Origin: Azolla caroliniana
Lineage: Eukaryota > Plantae > Polypodiophyta
Assembly (NCBI GenBank): GCA_043228905.1
Contig: JBHGNT010001381.1
Location: 1 to 9,183 of the forward strand
Direction: 5' to 3'
DNA: 9,183 bases
Shown in pieces: positions 8,400-9,183 of this stretch; position 1 is the stretch's first letter; each line of letters starts with the position of its first letter. The notes under the pieces were generated by a model. It was not told where the DNA came from. It searched no databases and worked only from the letters and a program-made list of their open reading frames with translations. The position numbers were made by a program, and so were the translations under genes.

Positions 8400-9183
8400 A
8401 AAATCATGATTTATGAACTTGATATCATAGCTAGCTTCGTTAGCTTCGATTCTCATGTTTAAACATTAAAATCCGATATCACACGAGGCATCTATGAACA
8501 TTTTCATTTACTCACAACCTCTAGTCCACGGCTTCCTCAAATGTGCTCTTTTGGGCATGTCTCTCGACCTGAGTTTCAAAATATTGATTTTTCAATTGTA
8601 TATAATAGATTACTTCGATAGATTCGATTGGCATGTGTAAACACAAACATCCGATATCACACGAGCCATGTATGAACATTTTCAGTCATTGAGGACCTCT
8701 TGTCTACGCCATGCTCAAATTTTCTTTTATCTTCATGTCTTTCGGCCTGACTTTCAAAATCATCATTTTTGGATTCGATAACATAGCTGGCTTCGTTAGC
8801 TTCGATTCGCATGTTTAAACACCAAAATCCGATATCACACGAGCCATCTATGAACATTTTCATTTACTCAAGATCTCTAGTCTACGGCTTCCTCAAATGT
8901 GCTTTTTTCTTCATGTTCTCGGCCTGAGTTTCAAAATCTTGATTGTTCTATTCTATATTATAGAGTACTTCGTTAGCTTCGATTTGCATGTTTAAAGACT
9001 AAAATCCGATATGACACGAGGCATCTATGAACATTTTCAATCATTGAGGCGCTCTTGTCTACGCCATCCTAAAATTTACTTTTTTCTTCATGTCTCTCGG
9101 CCTGAGTTTCAAAATCTTGATTTTACAGCTCCATATTATAAAGTACTTCTTTGAATTCGATTCGCATGTCTAAATACAAAAAT
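8400..9183 (+). repeat. More diverged satellite subfamily with dimeric (about 356-bp) higher-order periodicity
   Basis: CATAGCT(A/G)GCTTCG occurs at 8426 and 8782. TTTACTCA...CTCTAGTC.ACGGCTTCCTCAAATGTGCT occurs at about 8507 and 8863. CGCCAT occurs at 8707 and 9062. CATGT replaces CAAGT throughout. Confidence 0.8.

Larger units (their letters stand above)
832..9183 (+). repeat. 178-bp satellite array, right arm, about 50 monomer units (some truncated); centromeric/pericentromeric-type satellite by inference
   Basis: GAGCTC or a variant of it occurs at 853, 1031, 1208, 1241, 1419, 1596, 1670, 1836, 2014, 2107, 2284, 2462 ... 8516, 8694, 8872 and 9049, with modal spacing 178. The array itself is directly seen. 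The centromeric role is only inferred from the mononucleosome-like length typical of centromeric satellites. Confidence 0.97.

Noticed and set aside
7-8863. All 17 listed ORFs (62-185 aa), with recurring motifs such as SSCLRLPQIC, FDSQVQTPKSDI and EEKSKFEEGVDKSS
   Set aside because: They are translations of the same 178-bp monomer in different frames and strands. 178 is not a multiple of 3, stops and indels occur freely between copies, and I recognise no protein domain.
832-9183. CRISPR array or repeat-spacer system
   Set aside because: The entire unit is repeated with no unique spacers, the period is too long, and no cas genes are present.
1-9183. Assignment to a named satellite such as Arabidopsis CEN178, Brassica CentBr or primate alpha satellite
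   Set aside because: The length is similar, but the sequence does not resemble these as I recall them. A BLASTN of the consensus against nt or satellite databases is needed.

Overview
The whole window is one AT-rich tandem satellite array with a 178-bp monomer. My manual consensus on the + strand is GAGCTCTTGTCTACGCCTTCCTCAAATTTGCTTTTTTCTTCATGTCTCTCGACCTGAGTTTCAAAATCTTGATTTTTCAATTCTATATTATAGACTACTTCGTTAGCTTCGATTCGCAAGTTTAAACACCAAAATCCGATATCACACGAGCCATCTATGAACATTTTCATTCATTGAG. Monomer size, CpG decay and a short TTTAGGG-like patch fit eukaryotic, possibly plant, centromeric or pericentromeric heterochromatin; I cannot name the family or species. There are no credible genes, and all listed ORFs are read-throughs of the monomer. 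The interest is structural. (1) The array reverses orientation at 831/832 through a spacer-less palindrome centred on a variant-specific TTTATAAA. (2) It has three sequence-variant zones (about 1-1650, 1650-8400 and 8400-end). (3) It has several higher-order or dispersed block duplications. (4) Many monomers are truncated at microhomology junctions, including a nested pair and a recurring 81-bp deletion. (5) A patchwork, telomere-like insertion sits at about 7067-7118. I see a record of break repair and satellite turnover, not a new protein-coding system. All counts and alignments were made by eye.
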